DNA from: a virus
Lineage: Duplodnaviria; Caudoviricetes
Length of the DNA: 50,343 nt
Direction: 5' to 3' (one strand)
Virus record (IMG/VR): IMGVR_UViG_3300020042_010754
Location: 1-50,343 of that record
Shown here: positions 9,526 through 19,145 of the stretch, piece after piece
Layout of the letters: the number at the start of each line of letters is the position of its first letter
Numbering within the stretch: position 1 is the stretch's first letter
Translations under genes and position numbers: made by a program
The notes under the pieces: model-generated
Told to the model about the DNA's origin: nothing
Databases searched by the model: none
The model's input: the letters and a program-made list of their open reading frames with translations, nothing else

Positions 9526-11502
9526 ATGACACACAAAATTGCCTGGGTACAGCCCAACTTTCAACAAGGGCCCAAAGAGCTCAATGCTCACTATTTGCCG
9601 TATTCAGCAGGTGTAATATGGAGTTATGCTATTGCCGACCCTGAGATCAAGGCCCGCTTTGAACTTACTGAATGGGTATGGCGTAGAGATGAGGTTGAAC
9701 CTATTGTGGCTCGCTTGGCCAAAAATGACATTGTGGCGTTTAGCACCTATGTGTGGAATCACAACTACAACTATGAGTTGGCTCGCCGAATCAAAGAGAT
9801 CAACCCTAATATACTGACCGTCTTTGGTGGACCTGAGCCAGCAATCACTGATCCTGAGCTGTTTCGTAAAAATCCTTTTATGGACGTGGTAATCACATTC
9901 GAAGGTGAAATTACATTTCGTCGACTGTTGCAAGCCTACGAAAGTCGAGACTTTGCGCATATTCCTGGACTACTGCTGAACCAAGATGGCAAGGCCATAA
10001 ACACCGGAGAAGCCAAGCGTATCGAAAGTCTTGAAGAAGTGGTCAGCCCGTACCTGGCCGGAGTGTTTGATAAGCTGATTGAAGACAACCCTGGCATCAT
10101 GTGGCAAGGCACACTAGAGACCAGTCGAGGCTGCCCGTTTGCTTGCACATTCTGCGACTGGGGCAGTCTCACCTACAACAAGGTCAAGAAGTTTGAACTT
10201 GAACGTGTGTTTGATGAACTGGAATGGATGGCCCGACGCAACTTTGACTTTATCTCTATTACCGACGCCAACTTTGGCATGTTTGCTGAACGCGATGGCC
10301 TGATTGCAGACAAGATCATTGAGTGTCAAGAAAAGTACGGATCACCCCGAACATTCAGTGTGGCTTGGGCCAAGAATCAAAAGAAAGAAGTGGTTGACAT
10401 TGTTAAAAAACTTCTGGATGCTCGTGGCTTCAACCAAGGCCTAACACTCAGCGTACAAAGTCTGGATCTTGATGTGCTGGAAAACATTCGTCGCAAAAAC
10501 ATGGAAATGAACAAGTTGAACGAAGTGTTTGAGCTGTGTGAGCAACGCAACATTCCCACATATACAGAACTGATCCTGGGCTTGCCTGGAGAAAGTCTTG
10601 AGTCCTGGAAAAAGAACTTCTGGACCCTGTTTGAAATGGGCAACCATACCGGCCTCACAGTGTTCCAGGCACAGTTGCTAGAAAACGCTGAGATGAATCT
10701 GTTGCAAAAGAAACTGTTCAAGATCACCAGCCAGCCTGTGACTGATTACTTTTCAGGCAGCTACAGCAACGAACACGTGGAAGAAAGTATTGATATCATT
10801 ACCGGTACCAAAGACATGCCGTTCGATACCATGCTGGATGCACATGTGTTCTCATGGTTTATCAACACCTTCCACATCAATGGTGTGAGCACACTGTTGA
10901 GCCGCCTGATGTTCAAGTACAGCAATGTGCCTTACAGTGATTTCTATGATGAACTGTTTGAGTTCATGCAAGGCGACGAATGGTTGCATCGAGAGCAAGA
11001 AGAAGTGCGTGAGTATTATCGCGGATGGATGACCACGGGCAAGATCAATCATCCCAACATTGGCATTGAGATTCACGGCTGGAACTTGATTCACAGAACC
11101 ATCTTGAACATGCACGTGGAAAAGCAATACAACGGAATCTTTGACATGCTAGAAAGGTTCATGGCACGATACAATTTGCCTGTGGACCTGTTGAACAGCA
11201 TCATGAGATTCCAACGTAGATATTTGGTAGCATATGATGCCATGAACACCTATCCAGAAAATCTCGAACTGGACTACAATATCTGGGAATATCTCAGCTT
11301 TGATCATGACCTGGTACATGCACCAACTGTGTATCAACTGGAGTTTCCGGAAGACAAGACCATGAGCTTTTCCAAGTTCCTGGAGTTGTTTTATTTTGCA
11401 CGGCGCCGAAACTTTGGCAAAGCCATGGTAGAACGAATTGGTCAAGATACAAACGGAGCCCGTCGCGGCGACGGTGCAGCACGAGCTAAAATAGCAGCCT
11501 AA
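9526..11502 (+). CDS. B12-binding radical SAM protein (class B methyltransferase-like)
   Basis: FSTYVWN, GGPE, ETSRGCPFACTFCDWG, DANFG, ELILGLPGE. Confidence 0.9.
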   Translation: MTHKIAWVQPNFQQGPKELNAHYLPYSAGVIWSYAIADPEIKARFELTEWVWRRDEVEPIVARLAKNDIVAFSTYVWNHNYNYELARRIKEINPNILTVFGGPEPAITDPELFRKNPFMDVVITFEGEITFRRLLQAYESRDFAHIPGLLLNQDGKAINTGEAKRIESLEEVVSPYLAGVFDKLIEDNPGIMWQGTLETSRGCPFACTFCDWGSLTYNKVKKFELERVFDELEWMARRNFDFISITDANFGMFAERDGLIADKIIECQEKYGSPRTFSVAWAKNQKKEVVDIVKKLLDARGFNQGLTLSVQSLDLDVLENIRRKNMEMNKLNEVFELCEQRNIPTYTELILGLPGESLESWKKNFWTLFEMGNHTGLTVFQAQLLENAEMNLLQKKLFKITSQPVTDYFSGSYSNEHVEESIDIITGTKDMPFDTMLDAHVFSWFINTFHINGVSTLLSRLMFKYSNVPYSDFYDELFEFMQGDEWLHREQEEVREYYRGWMTTGKINHPNIGIEIHGWNLIHRTILNMHVEKQYNGIFDMLERFMARYNLPVDLLNSIMRFQRRYLVAYDAMNTYPENLELDYNIWEYLSFDHDLVHAPTVYQLEFPEDKTMSFSKFLELFYFARRRNFGKAMVERIGQDTNGARRGDGAARAKIAA

Positions 11503-12206
11503 TGTCAAGACTTTTTGCATTTGGTTGTAGTTTTACCAACTATCGCTGGAGCACCTGGGCTGATTGTTTAGCGCCAGAATTTGACAGTTTTGAAAATTGG
11601 GGGCAAGCTGGCGGCGGCAACCATTATATCTTTAACTCAGTTATGGAAGCAGATCAACGGCATCATTTTGGCGCCGGAGATACTGTAATAGTTTGCTGGA
11701 CCAGCTTTACACGGGATGATAGATATGTAGATGGGCGGTGGCACACGCTGGGCAACATGTTTGCTTGTCCTATCTACAACACAGAATATTTAAAAACACA
11801 TGTGGACGAACGTGGCTATCTCATGAGAGATCTAGCCTATATCAAGGCAGTTAAAACATTGCTACAAGCACGACCCGAAGTTAATTGGAAATTTTTAAGC
11901 ATGGTAGAAATCATGGCCAGACCAGCACCAGACGATGATGTTAGTTTGCATCGTGACGTGATGCGATTGTATAGTGATGTGCTAGACAGTGTGTTGCCCG
12001 GATATGACAAGACGGTGTTTGCAGGAAATTGGCCCAAACCTGGACCAGACCCGCATCCCAGTCCTGCGGAGCATTTGGCCTATCTGGATGTAGTGTTGCC
12101 AGGCTGGGTGACAAAACAATCTACTCGTGTTATAATGCAAGAAGAAAGTATTGATCTAAATAAAGATCCCCACAAGTCGGGAATGACAAAGGTAACAAGA
12201 CTATGA
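11502..12206 (+). CDS. SGNH-like hypothetical protein
   Basis: FGCSFT, GGGN, DPHPS. Confidence 0.55.
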   Translation: MSRLFAFGCSFTNYRWSTWADCLAPEFDSFENWGQAGGGNHYIFNSVMEADQRHHFGAGDTVIVCWTSFTRDDRYVDGRWHTLGNMFACPIYNTEYLKTHVDERGYLMRDLAYIKAVKTLLQARPEVNWKFLSMVEIMARPAPDDDVSLHRDVMRLYSDVLDSVLPGYDKTVFAGNWPKPGPDPHPSPAEHLAYLDVVLPGWVTKQSTRVIMQEESIDLNKDPHKSGMTKVTRL

Positions 12207-13048
12207 AATTTAAAGTAAGCGAACTATTTTATTCAGCACAGGGCGAAGGCCGCTATGTTGGCGTGCCGTCCGTATTTTTGCGCATGTTTGGCTGTAATTT
12301 TACCTGTTCAGGATTTGGTTGCAAGCCCGGTGAACGATCAACTGGTGCCGATGAGGTGGCCAAGACAGTACACCTGTACAACACATTTGAGGAACTACCC
12401 CTGGTGGAAACTGGCTGTGACAGTTATGCATCCTGGCATCCAGCATTCAAACACCTGAGTCCCACATACACCGCAGACCAACTGGTGGCAAAAATGGCTG
12501 CACTGTTGCCGCACGGTAACTGGCAACAGCCCAATGGTAATCCTGTGCATTTGGTTATCACAGGTGGCGAACCATTGCTGGGATGGCAACGAGCATACCC
12601 TGAACTGCTGGATCAGCTGCACGAACTTGGCCTGCGCCACATTACATTTGAAACCAATGGCACCCAGGAACTCAGCAGAGAATTCAAGCAGTATCTTGCT
12701 GCATGGATGGGCGAAATCACATTCAGTGTGAGTCCCAAACTGAGTGTGTCTGGAGAGAAATGGGAAGATGCCATTAAGCCCGATATCATCTGGGATTATG
12801 AAACATACGGTGTGACCTATCTCAAGTTTGTGGTGGAAAAGGTCGAAGACTTTGATGAGCTGGACCGTGCTGTGGACGAGTATCGACTGCGTGAGTTTGG
12901 TGGCCCTGTTTTTGTCATGCCTGTGGGTGGTGTTGTGAGCGTGTATGATGGTAACAGATTGAATGTAGCTGACGAGGCACTCAAGCGTGGTTACTGGTAT
13001 AGTCCACGACTTCACGTGGACCTCTGGGGTAATGGATGGGGCAAATAA
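12203..13048 (+). CDS. queE: 7-carboxy-7-deazaguanine synthase
   Basis: ELFYSAQGEG, FLRMFGCN, ITGGEPLL, ETNGT, SVSPK, PRLH. Confidence 0.93.
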   Translation: MKFKVSELFYSAQGEGRYVGVPSVFLRMFGCNFTCSGFGCKPGERSTGADEVAKTVHLYNTFEELPLVETGCDSYASWHPAFKHLSPTYTADQLVAKMAALLPHGNWQQPNGNPVHLVITGGEPLLGWQRAYPELLDQLHELGLRHITFETNGTQELSREFKQYLAAWMGEITFSVSPKLSVSGEKWEDAIKPDIIWDYETYGVTYLKFVVEKVEDFDELDRAVDEYRLREFGGPVFVMPVGGVVSVYDGNRLNVADEALKRGYWYSPRLHVDLWGNGWGK

Positions 13049-13049
13049 T

Positions 13050-13460
13050 ATGAGACTGTTTGATAAACTGTTTGGATCAAAAAAATCAGCAAAGGTATCA
13101 CAAGCACCTGTGGTGCCAGTGGTACCCAAAATAAAAGTAGCAACCAAAAGTGAAAAAGAAATTGCCACAGCAGCCGGCGAGCCTTATGTGGCTATCCTCA
13201 AGATGGACATTGATCCCAACAACCTGCACCAGGGTAGTTTTGAACTAGACTGGAATGAAATCTTTGTGAGTCGACTGGTCAAGGCTGGCTACATGATCAA
13301 GGCCACGGACCAGGATGTTGACATTGTGGATCGTTGGTTCCAGACTGTGTGCCGACATGTTGTAATGGAAACTTGGGAACAAGAACAAGCCATTATCAAG
13401 GGTGCAGGACAGTATGTCAACACTCGAGACATTGGCAACGGCAGGACCGAAGTGTCATGA
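13050..13460 (+). CDS. Hypothetical protein
   Basis: ORF coupled to neighbours. Confidence 0.75.
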   Translation: MRLFDKLFGSKKSAKVSQAPVVPVVPKIKVATKSEKEIATAAGEPYVAILKMDIDPNNLHQGSFELDWNEIFVSRLVKAGYMIKATDQDVDIVDRWFQTVCRHVVMETWEQEQAIIKGAGQYVNTRDIGNGRTEVS

Positions 13461-13933
13461 TTTTCAATCACATCAAACAACTCAAGGCTGATGGTAAAAA
13501 GATTGGCATCACTTTCTCGACTTTTGATATGCTGCATGCAGGTCATATTGCCATGCTGTCAGAAGCCAAGAATCACTGCGATTATTTGATATGTGGCTTG
13601 CAAACTGATCCCACAATTGACCGACCCGATACCAAGAACAAGCCTATACAAAGCATTGTGGAACGACAGATTCAGTTAGCAGCTTGTCGCTATGTGGATG
13701 AAGTTGTGGTTTATCAAACTGAACAAGATCTTGTTGACCTTCTTTTGATTCTGCCACTTGATGTGCGTGTACTAGGTGTTGAATACGAAGACAAAGATTA
13801 CACTGGCCGAGACGAATGCTATCATCGTGGTATTGAATGTATCTTTAATCCTAGAGACCACTCATTCTCCAGCAGTAGCCTACGCAAACGAGTGGTTGCT
13901 GCCGAAAGTTACAAGGCATTGTCGCAGAAATGA
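13457..13933 (+). CDS. Cytidylyltransferase (TagD/RfaE2-like)
   Basis: TFDMLHAGH HIGH-like motif, ER...YVDEV, SSSSLR. Confidence 0.9.
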   Translation: MIFNHIKQLKADGKKIGITFSTFDMLHAGHIAMLSEAKNHCDYLICGLQTDPTIDRPDTKNKPIQSIVERQIQLAACRYVDEVVVYQTEQDLVDLLLILPLDVRVLGVEYEDKDYTGRDECYHRGIECIFNPRDHSFSSSSLRKRVVAAESYKALSQK

Positions 13934-14664
13934 TCTTGTTTGCAAATGGCTGTAGTCATACCGCGGCTGCTGAGGCTGTGGTAACTCATGCCTGGGCCGA
14001 AGATGATGGCAACATGTACCGGGCCGGACGAGGCCCACATCCGCTAAATCTAGCCGCAAGCTGGTGTACCGTTCTGGGCCAAGAGCTGGATCGTCAAGTG
14101 ATTTGTGCTGCACAATCAGGTGGCAGCAATGATCGCACAATACGCACCACCAAAGACTGGATCAACCAAAATTCTGACAAACTCCAGAACACATTTATGG
14201 TGATACAATGGACCTCCTGGGAAAGGGAAGAGTGGTTTTATCAAGGACAAGAATATCAGGTCAATGCGTCTGGGTGGGACACTGTACACAAAGATCTGCA
14301 GGACCGCTATAAACACTATGTGATCAACATAGACTGGACTGTGAAAACTACAGACGCACATCACAAGATCTGGGACATGCATTGCTATCTTAAACAACTG
14401 GGCATAGATCATTTGTTTTACAATGCCAACAGCACATTCAGTGATATTGACCTAGTTGATCAGAAATCCTGGGGCAAGCACTATATAAATCCATACATTC
14501 GTACCGGCAGCTATGATGCTGTGCTAAGAAACAACGGATTTTCCTATGTCAATCCCAAAACATATCATTTTGGTGCTGATGCCCATTGCTTTTGGGCCAA
14601 TCATGTGCTACAATACATTAAAGATAACCAACTACTAGGCACCAATGAAATACCTTCTTATTGA
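13930..14664 (+). CDS. SGNH-like hypothetical protein
   Basis: ANGCSHT, GGSNDR, YHFG. Confidence 0.55.
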   Translation: MILFANGCSHTAAAEAVVTHAWAEDDGNMYRAGRGPHPLNLAASWCTVLGQELDRQVICAAQSGGSNDRTIRTTKDWINQNSDKLQNTFMVIQWTSWEREEWFYQGQEYQVNASGWDTVHKDLQDRYKHYVINIDWTVKTTDAHHKIWDMHCYLKQLGIDHLFYNANSTFSDIDLVDQKSWGKHYINPYIRTGSYDAVLRNNGFSYVNPKTYHFGADAHCFWANHVLQYIKDNQLLGTNEIPSY

Positions 14665-15658
14665 CACTAGCAACATGTTCTTTCGAGCCCGACATCAAGC
14701 ACACCGTGCTGCGGACTCCTGGACCAAGCTGGGGTTTGCACTGTATCTAACTCTGATGAGTGCAAACAAGGTTGTGCGGCGTTTTCAAGCTGACCATGTG
14801 ATATTCTGCCTCGAAGGGCGCAGCTGGCGCAAGGATCACTACAAGCCCTACAAGGCCAATCGTGCTGTGGCCCGTGCTGCCATGAATGATGAACAGGCTG
14901 AAGAAGACAAGCTGTTCTGGGAAACCTATGATGAGCTGACTAAATACTTGAGCAACAAGACCAATTGCAGTGTGATCCGCGAGCCCAGGGCCGAAGCAGA
15001 TGACATCATTGCACGATGGATAGCCCTACACCCCCAAGACGAACACATAGTGGTCAGTTCAGACACAGATTTTGTGCAGCTGATCGCGCCCAATGTCAAA
15101 CAGTACAACGGTATCACAGATGAGTTGATCACCGTGGATGGAATCTTTGATGTCAAGGGACAACTGATCAAGGACAAAAAAACCAAGCTGCCCAAGACTG
15201 TGCCCGATCCTGCTTGGTTGTTGTTTGAAAAATGCATGCGTGGCGATACCAGTGACAATGTGTTCTCAGCGTATCCTGGTGTGCGTACCAAGGGAACCAA
15301 GAACAAGACCGGACTGGAAGAAGCGTTTGGCGACATGGGCAAAAAAGGCTATGCCTGGAACAATCTCATGTTGCAACGTTGGACCGACCATAATGGTCAG
15401 GAACACAGAGTACTGGATGATTACGAACGCAACCGTGCCTTGATTGATCTCACCGCACAGCCACAAGAGATTAAAGATCTAGTGGATTCTGCCATACGTG
15501 CTCAAGTGAGTCACAAAGACGTGGGTCAAGTGGGCAGTTACTTTTTGCGATTCTGTGGCAAGTACGAATTGGTCAAATGCAGTGACTCAGCAGACAGTTT
15601 TGGACGCTGGTTGAATGAAACCTACAAAGGAGTGTTGAATGAACAGCATAGTGGCTAA
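14645..15658 (+). CDS. rnh: T4 RNase H-like 5'-3' exonuclease / flap endonuclease
   Basis: LLIDTSN, SWRK...YKANR, EADD, SSDTDF, GDTSDNV. Confidence 0.88.
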   Translation: MKYLLIDTSNMFFRARHQAHRAADSWTKLGFALYLTLMSANKVVRRFQADHVIFCLEGRSWRKDHYKPYKANRAVARAAMNDEQAEEDKLFWETYDELTKYLSNKTNCSVIREPRAEADDIIARWIALHPQDEHIVVSSDTDFVQLIAPNVKQYNGITDELITVDGIFDVKGQLIKDKKTKLPKTVPDPAWLLFEKCMRGDTSDNVFSAYPGVRTKGTKNKTGLEEAFGDMGKKGYAWNNLMLQRWTDHNGQEHRVLDDYERNRALIDLTAQPQEIKDLVDSAIRAQVSHKDVGQVGSYFLRFCGKYELVKCSDSADSFGRWLNETYKGVLNEQHSG

Positions 15659-16094
15659 ACCAGTGATAGCAGACAGGTACTGGATACTTAAAAAAGACGA
15701 CCGCAAGATTGGGCAGATTGAAGCTGACTCAGAGGGCATTGTTGTAAAAATTCAAAACACAGTACAACGATACAAGACTCTCAAGATGGCCGGTCGTGCT
15801 GCTGGTATTGAATTTGCAGCAGAAGAATCAATTACTCCACTGCAAGAACAACATGCATATGGTTATGACACCGGTGGTGTGGTCCACAATGCCATGTGGG
15901 ATGTGACTCATCGATTGCCGCTGTTCACACGAGACAATAAGTCAAAGTCCTGGTTTGCAGCTGGCTGGTATCGAGTGAAACAGCATCGCACCTGGAAAAC
16001 TGTGCAGAACCCTAAACTTATTACCTTGCAACGCTATGCATATCAAGGCCCTTTTCACACCAAGGAACAAGCAAATGACAAATCCGTTTCGTGA
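15639..16094 (+). CDS. Hypothetical protein
   Basis: AAGGAG RBS, 151 aa. Confidence 0.75.
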   Translation: MNSIVAKPVIADRYWILKKDDRKIGQIEADSEGIVVKIQNTVQRYKTLKMAGRAAGIEFAAEESITPLQEQHAYGYDTGGVVHNAMWDVTHRLPLFTRDNKSKSWFAAGWYRVKQHRTWKTVQNPKLITLQRYAYQGPFHTKEQANDKSVS

Positions 16095-16485
16095 CGACCT
16101 AATGGTGCAACAACAGATTGATGGACCGTGGCAACATATGGTAGGGGTGATCATGCTTAACCAAACCGGCCGCAAACCTGTTAAGATGGTATTACCAGAA
16201 TTCTTGTACTGGTTTCCCACTCCATGTGCTTTGCTCGAAGCAGATGAGAACTTTGTTAAAAGTATTATCAAACCCTTAGGAATGATGAATGTTCGTTACC
16301 AACGTCTAGTAAAAATGAGTCAAGATTTTTTGGCTTGGGACGGCAACGATGCTACAATGTTATATGGTATTGGCAAATATGGTTCAGATAGTTATGAAAT
16401 ATTTTTTAAGCATAACTATAGCATAGAACCTACAGATAAAGAATTGAAACGCTATTTAGAAGAGGAAGTTTATGAATCCGTTTAG
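16075..16485 (+). CDS. MBD4-like HhH-GPD DNA glycosylase domain protein
   Basis: PWQHMVGVIMLNQT, LYGIGKYGSDSYEIF, DKEL..YL. Confidence 0.8.
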   Translation: MTNPFRDDLMVQQQIDGPWQHMVGVIMLNQTGRKPVKMVLPEFLYWFPTPCALLEADENFVKSIIKPLGMMNVRYQRLVKMSQDFLAWDGNDATMLYGIGKYGSDSYEIFFKHNYSIEPTDKELKRYLEEEVYESV

Positions 16486-16840
16486 AGACCAAGAGAAATT
16501 CATGAAAGCCTGCAATCAAGATGTTAGCAAGTTTGATGAAAAACAATACTTGATGTATGTTAATCTTATTGACGAGGAACACCAAGAACTGCTAGAGGCT
16601 ATGCTAGCAGAAGATCGTGTAGAACAGCTGGATGCCTTGATTGACATCCTGGTGGTCACAATTGGTGCCATCCACTCCATGGGTGCAGATGGCGAAGGCG
16701 CCTGGAAAGAAGTTATGAGCACAAACTTTGCCAAGATTGATCGAGAAACTGGCAAGGTTCGCAAGCGTGAAGATGGTAAAGTACTAAAGCCAGTGGGCTG
16801 GAAATCTCCAGAACTGGCACAATTTATTAAAGGAGAATGA
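16472..16840 (+). CDS. MazG/PRA-PH-like NTP pyrophosphohydrolase
   Basis: EEHQE...DALID, TNFAK, REDGKVLKP. Confidence 0.85.
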   Translation: MNPFRDQEKFMKACNQDVSKFDEKQYLMYVNLIDEEHQELLEAMLAEDRVEQLDALIDILVVTIGAIHSMGADGEGAWKEVMSTNFAKIDRETGKVRKREDGKVLKPVGWKSPELAQFIKGE

Positions 16841-16841
16841 T

Positions 16842-17534
16842 ATGTTTGAAACAAGCTACACCAGCGGCATCACAGATTACCGCTCAGCAGAAGAAATCAA
16901 CTCAGCCATGGGCCGTGTGTATGGACACATGAGTCTTGCCGTTGTTACCAGCATGATTGTCAGCTACTTTGTGGGTACCACACCCGAGCTGCTGGAATTC
17001 TTTTTTACAGGTATCCTGAAGTGGATTGTGATCTTTGCTCCACTTGCAGCCATCTTTGGTATAAGTTATGTGCTGGGCACCAATCCCACGAAAGGAGTTG
17101 CTCAACTATGCTTGCACGGTTTTGCAGCCCTGATGGGTCTGAGCTTTGCAATGATCTTTGCGGTGTTCACCATGGGATCAATTGTTAGTGCTTTTATGGG
17201 TGCAGCCATCCTGTTTGCTGTCATGAGTGGCTATGGTTACTTTACCAAACGTAGTCTAGACAGCATGGGCAAGTTCATGATAGTTGGATTGATTGCAATT
17301 GTGATTGCCAGCATTGTAAACATCTTTATTGGCAGCACAGTCATGCAAATGGTTATTAGTGCCCTAGCTATCATTATCTTTATGGGATTGACTGCCTACG
17401 ACACACAACAGATCCGTGAAATGGTTTCAGTTGACACTAGCCCGTCAGTGGAAGTATCAGGTGCGTTGACCTTGTACATGGACTTTATCAACTTGTTCCT
17501 AAATCTACTACAGTTGTTTGGCGATAGAAAATAA
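16842..17534 (+). CDS. Bax inhibitor-1/YccA family membrane protein
   Basis: About 7 TM helices, YDTQQI, ALTLYMDFINLF. Confidence 0.92.
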   Translation: MFETSYTSGITDYRSAEEINSAMGRVYGHMSLAVVTSMIVSYFVGTTPELLEFFFTGILKWIVIFAPLAAIFGISYVLGTNPTKGVAQLCLHGFAALMGLSFAMIFAVFTMGSIVSAFMGAAILFAVMSGYGYFTKRSLDSMGKFMIVGLIAIVIASIVNIFIGSTVMQMVISALAIIIFMGLTAYDTQQIREMVSVDTSPSVEVSGALTLYMDFINLFLNLLQLFGDRK

Positions 17535-17543
17535 AGGAACAAC

Positions 17544-17753
17544 ATGAGCTTGCACATCAATCGGTTTGTTGATTCAATCAAGGCACACGAAAGTCGTGGT
17601 CAAAAAGACTTTACCATGCCCATGCGTGACGCCAAGGATCTACATGGTGATATCACCAAACTGTTGATGACCCTTGCTGCCATGCGAACTGTACCAGTTG
17701 AGAATTTAGTAACAGAGGTGGTTTTAGATGGTGGATCATTTAAAACCACATAG
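17544..17753 (+). CDS. Hypothetical protein
   Basis: AAGGA RBS. Confidence 0.75.
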   Translation: MSLHINRFVDSIKAHESRGQKDFTMPMRDAKDLHGDITKLLMTLAAMRTVPVENLVTEVVLDGGSFKTT

Positions 17754-17773
17754 TTAATGGCATAAATAATGCT

Positions 17774-18070
17774 ATGAGTAGACCACGGCCTCAGGTGCTA
17801 ATTGAGCACACCAACAAACAAACCTACAAGACCGAGCAAGTACTGGCTTCCGAAGGTGTGTGGGCAGTGTTCTACGACAACAGGCCCATCAATCTCAAAA
17901 CTGCAAACATGCTGACCCAGTACCCGGGGCCCAAGTATAAAAAAGTTAGTTTTTCAAATCCTGGTCACGCAAAAAACTTGGCCAAAAAACTAAACACACA
18001 GTTTAAAACAGACAAGTTCACAGTGGTGCTATTGACTCAGGGGGCGCAGATATACCCCGATGTTCGATAA
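17774..18070 (+). CDS. Conserved phage hypothetical protein (MSRPRP...KYKKVSFSNPGHA)
   Basis: Follows a CATAAATA late-type box at 17761. Confidence 0.8.
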   Translation: MSRPRPQVLIEHTNKQTYKTEQVLASEGVWAVFYDNRPINLKTANMLTQYPGPKYKKVSFSNPGHAKNLAKKLNTQFKTDKFTVVLLTQGAQIYPDVR

Positions 18071-18425
18071 ATCTGCATTAACCCAACAAATTCTACAAGG
18101 CTTGCCGCAAGACGATTGCCCCGTCTTTGACCAAGCATTTGCCTCTTGGTGGATGGATTCTCGCGAAGGCAAGGGCATGCGCCTGACCACAGCAGGTTAT
18201 CAAGCTATTGCCATCTTTGACATTGAGATGTATGTGTTTGATATTCCTGTGGGCATGGCTCTGCTGCCACGACACCTGCTGTTGTTGGATCGAAAACTGG
18301 ATTGTCCTTATTATCTCAAAACAGGAAAGAAATCGCAGATCACCTTGTTCGGTAGCGAGCAGGCCCTGATGATGACCATGTACGGGGATTTGAACCGGTT
18401 CATGCGGTATCTGGAACGCACCTAG
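18060..18425 (+). CDS. Hypothetical protein
   Basis: ORF in gene run. Confidence 0.75.
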   Translation: MFDKSALTQQILQGLPQDDCPVFDQAFASWWMDSREGKGMRLTTAGYQAIAIFDIEMYVFDIPVGMALLPRHLLLLDRKLDCPYYLKTGKKSQITLFGSEQALMMTMYGDLNRFMRYLERT

Positions 18426-18428
18426 CGG

Positions 18429-18457
18429 TTGACCTTTATTGCCCAAAATGCTATAAT
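18429..18457 (+). promoter_or_regulatory. sigma70 early-type promoter
   Basis: TTGACC-17-TATAAT with extended -10 TG. Confidence 0.8.
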
Positions 18458-18463
18458 ACGAGC

Positions 18464-18715
18464 ATGAACACAAAAACACCGCAGATTGTGAAAGCAAAAA
18501 TCCTGATTACCTCTATTGACAACATGAAATTGTTCCGGGGTCGACTGCCCACACGGCGCTGGGGTTTTTGCGAGATCGTGCGCAAGGTCACTATTGAAGC
18601 CTGCCCGTTTGGCATCTATGAAGATGGTAACTATGGCTATGTCAAGATCGACGGTAAAAAAGTCCGTGTGATCAACGGTCATGGTGGCGAAACATCGTTT
18701 GAAATCAGTCGATAA
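18464..18715 (+). CDS. Hypothetical protein, probably leaderless
   Basis: ATG 7 nt after the -10 box. Confidence 0.7.
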   Translation: MNTKTPQIVKAKILITSIDNMKLFRGRLPTRRWGFCEIVRKVTIEACPFGIYEDGNYGYVKIDGKKVRVINGHGGETSFEISR

Positions 18716-18720
18716 AACGG

Positions 18721-18749
18721 TTGACCAATATTGCCCGAAATGCTATAAT
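18721..18749 (+). promoter_or_regulatory. sigma70 early-type promoter
   Basis: TTGACC-17-TATAAT, near copy of the 18429 promoter. Confidence 0.8.
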
Positions 18750-18755
18750 ATACAC

Positions 18756-19100
18756 ATGGAAGCAAAAAACACAACCCGTAAAAAACGAGTAGATCGTACT
18801 CACATTGTATACATGCTCACAAGCGGTAGCGATTTCTACATCGGCGTTACTGCTAAGACTGCATCAACTGTGAAGAAGAGTGTAATGACTCGTTGCATGA
18901 AGCACCTGTATCGTTCACGTAGCGAAGACAAGAGCTGGACTTTATACGAAACTATGCGTGAACGTGGTACCAACGGTTTTACTGTAAATGTTCTTGCAGT
19001 GTTGCGTGGCAAAAGTCAGGCACATAAGTTAGAGCGTTGTATGATACAAGAACACCGACCTAACCTTAACACTGATGTTAGATTAGCCAACAGCATGTGA
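18756..19100 (+). CDS. Small GIY-YIG-like nuclease
   Basis: IVYML...FYIGVT, R...H, E...I...P.LN. Confidence 0.7.
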   Translation: MEAKNTTRKKRVDRTHIVYMLTSGSDFYIGVTAKTASTVKKSVMTRCMKHLYRSRSEDKSWTLYETMRERGTNGFTVNVLAVLRGKSQAHKLERCMIQEHRPNLNTDVRLANSM

Positions 19101-19145
19101 GTGTAAGTATTGCACCGGGCACCAAGTATACAAAAGCAAAAAGCC

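Noticed and set aside
12395-13168. Long minus-strand ORFs opposite queE, galE, ahcY and SPFH
   Set aside because: Antisense frames of well-supported genes
18756-19100. Intron-encoded homing endonuclease
   Set aside because: Free-standing with its own promoter; no interrupted gene or group I core seen
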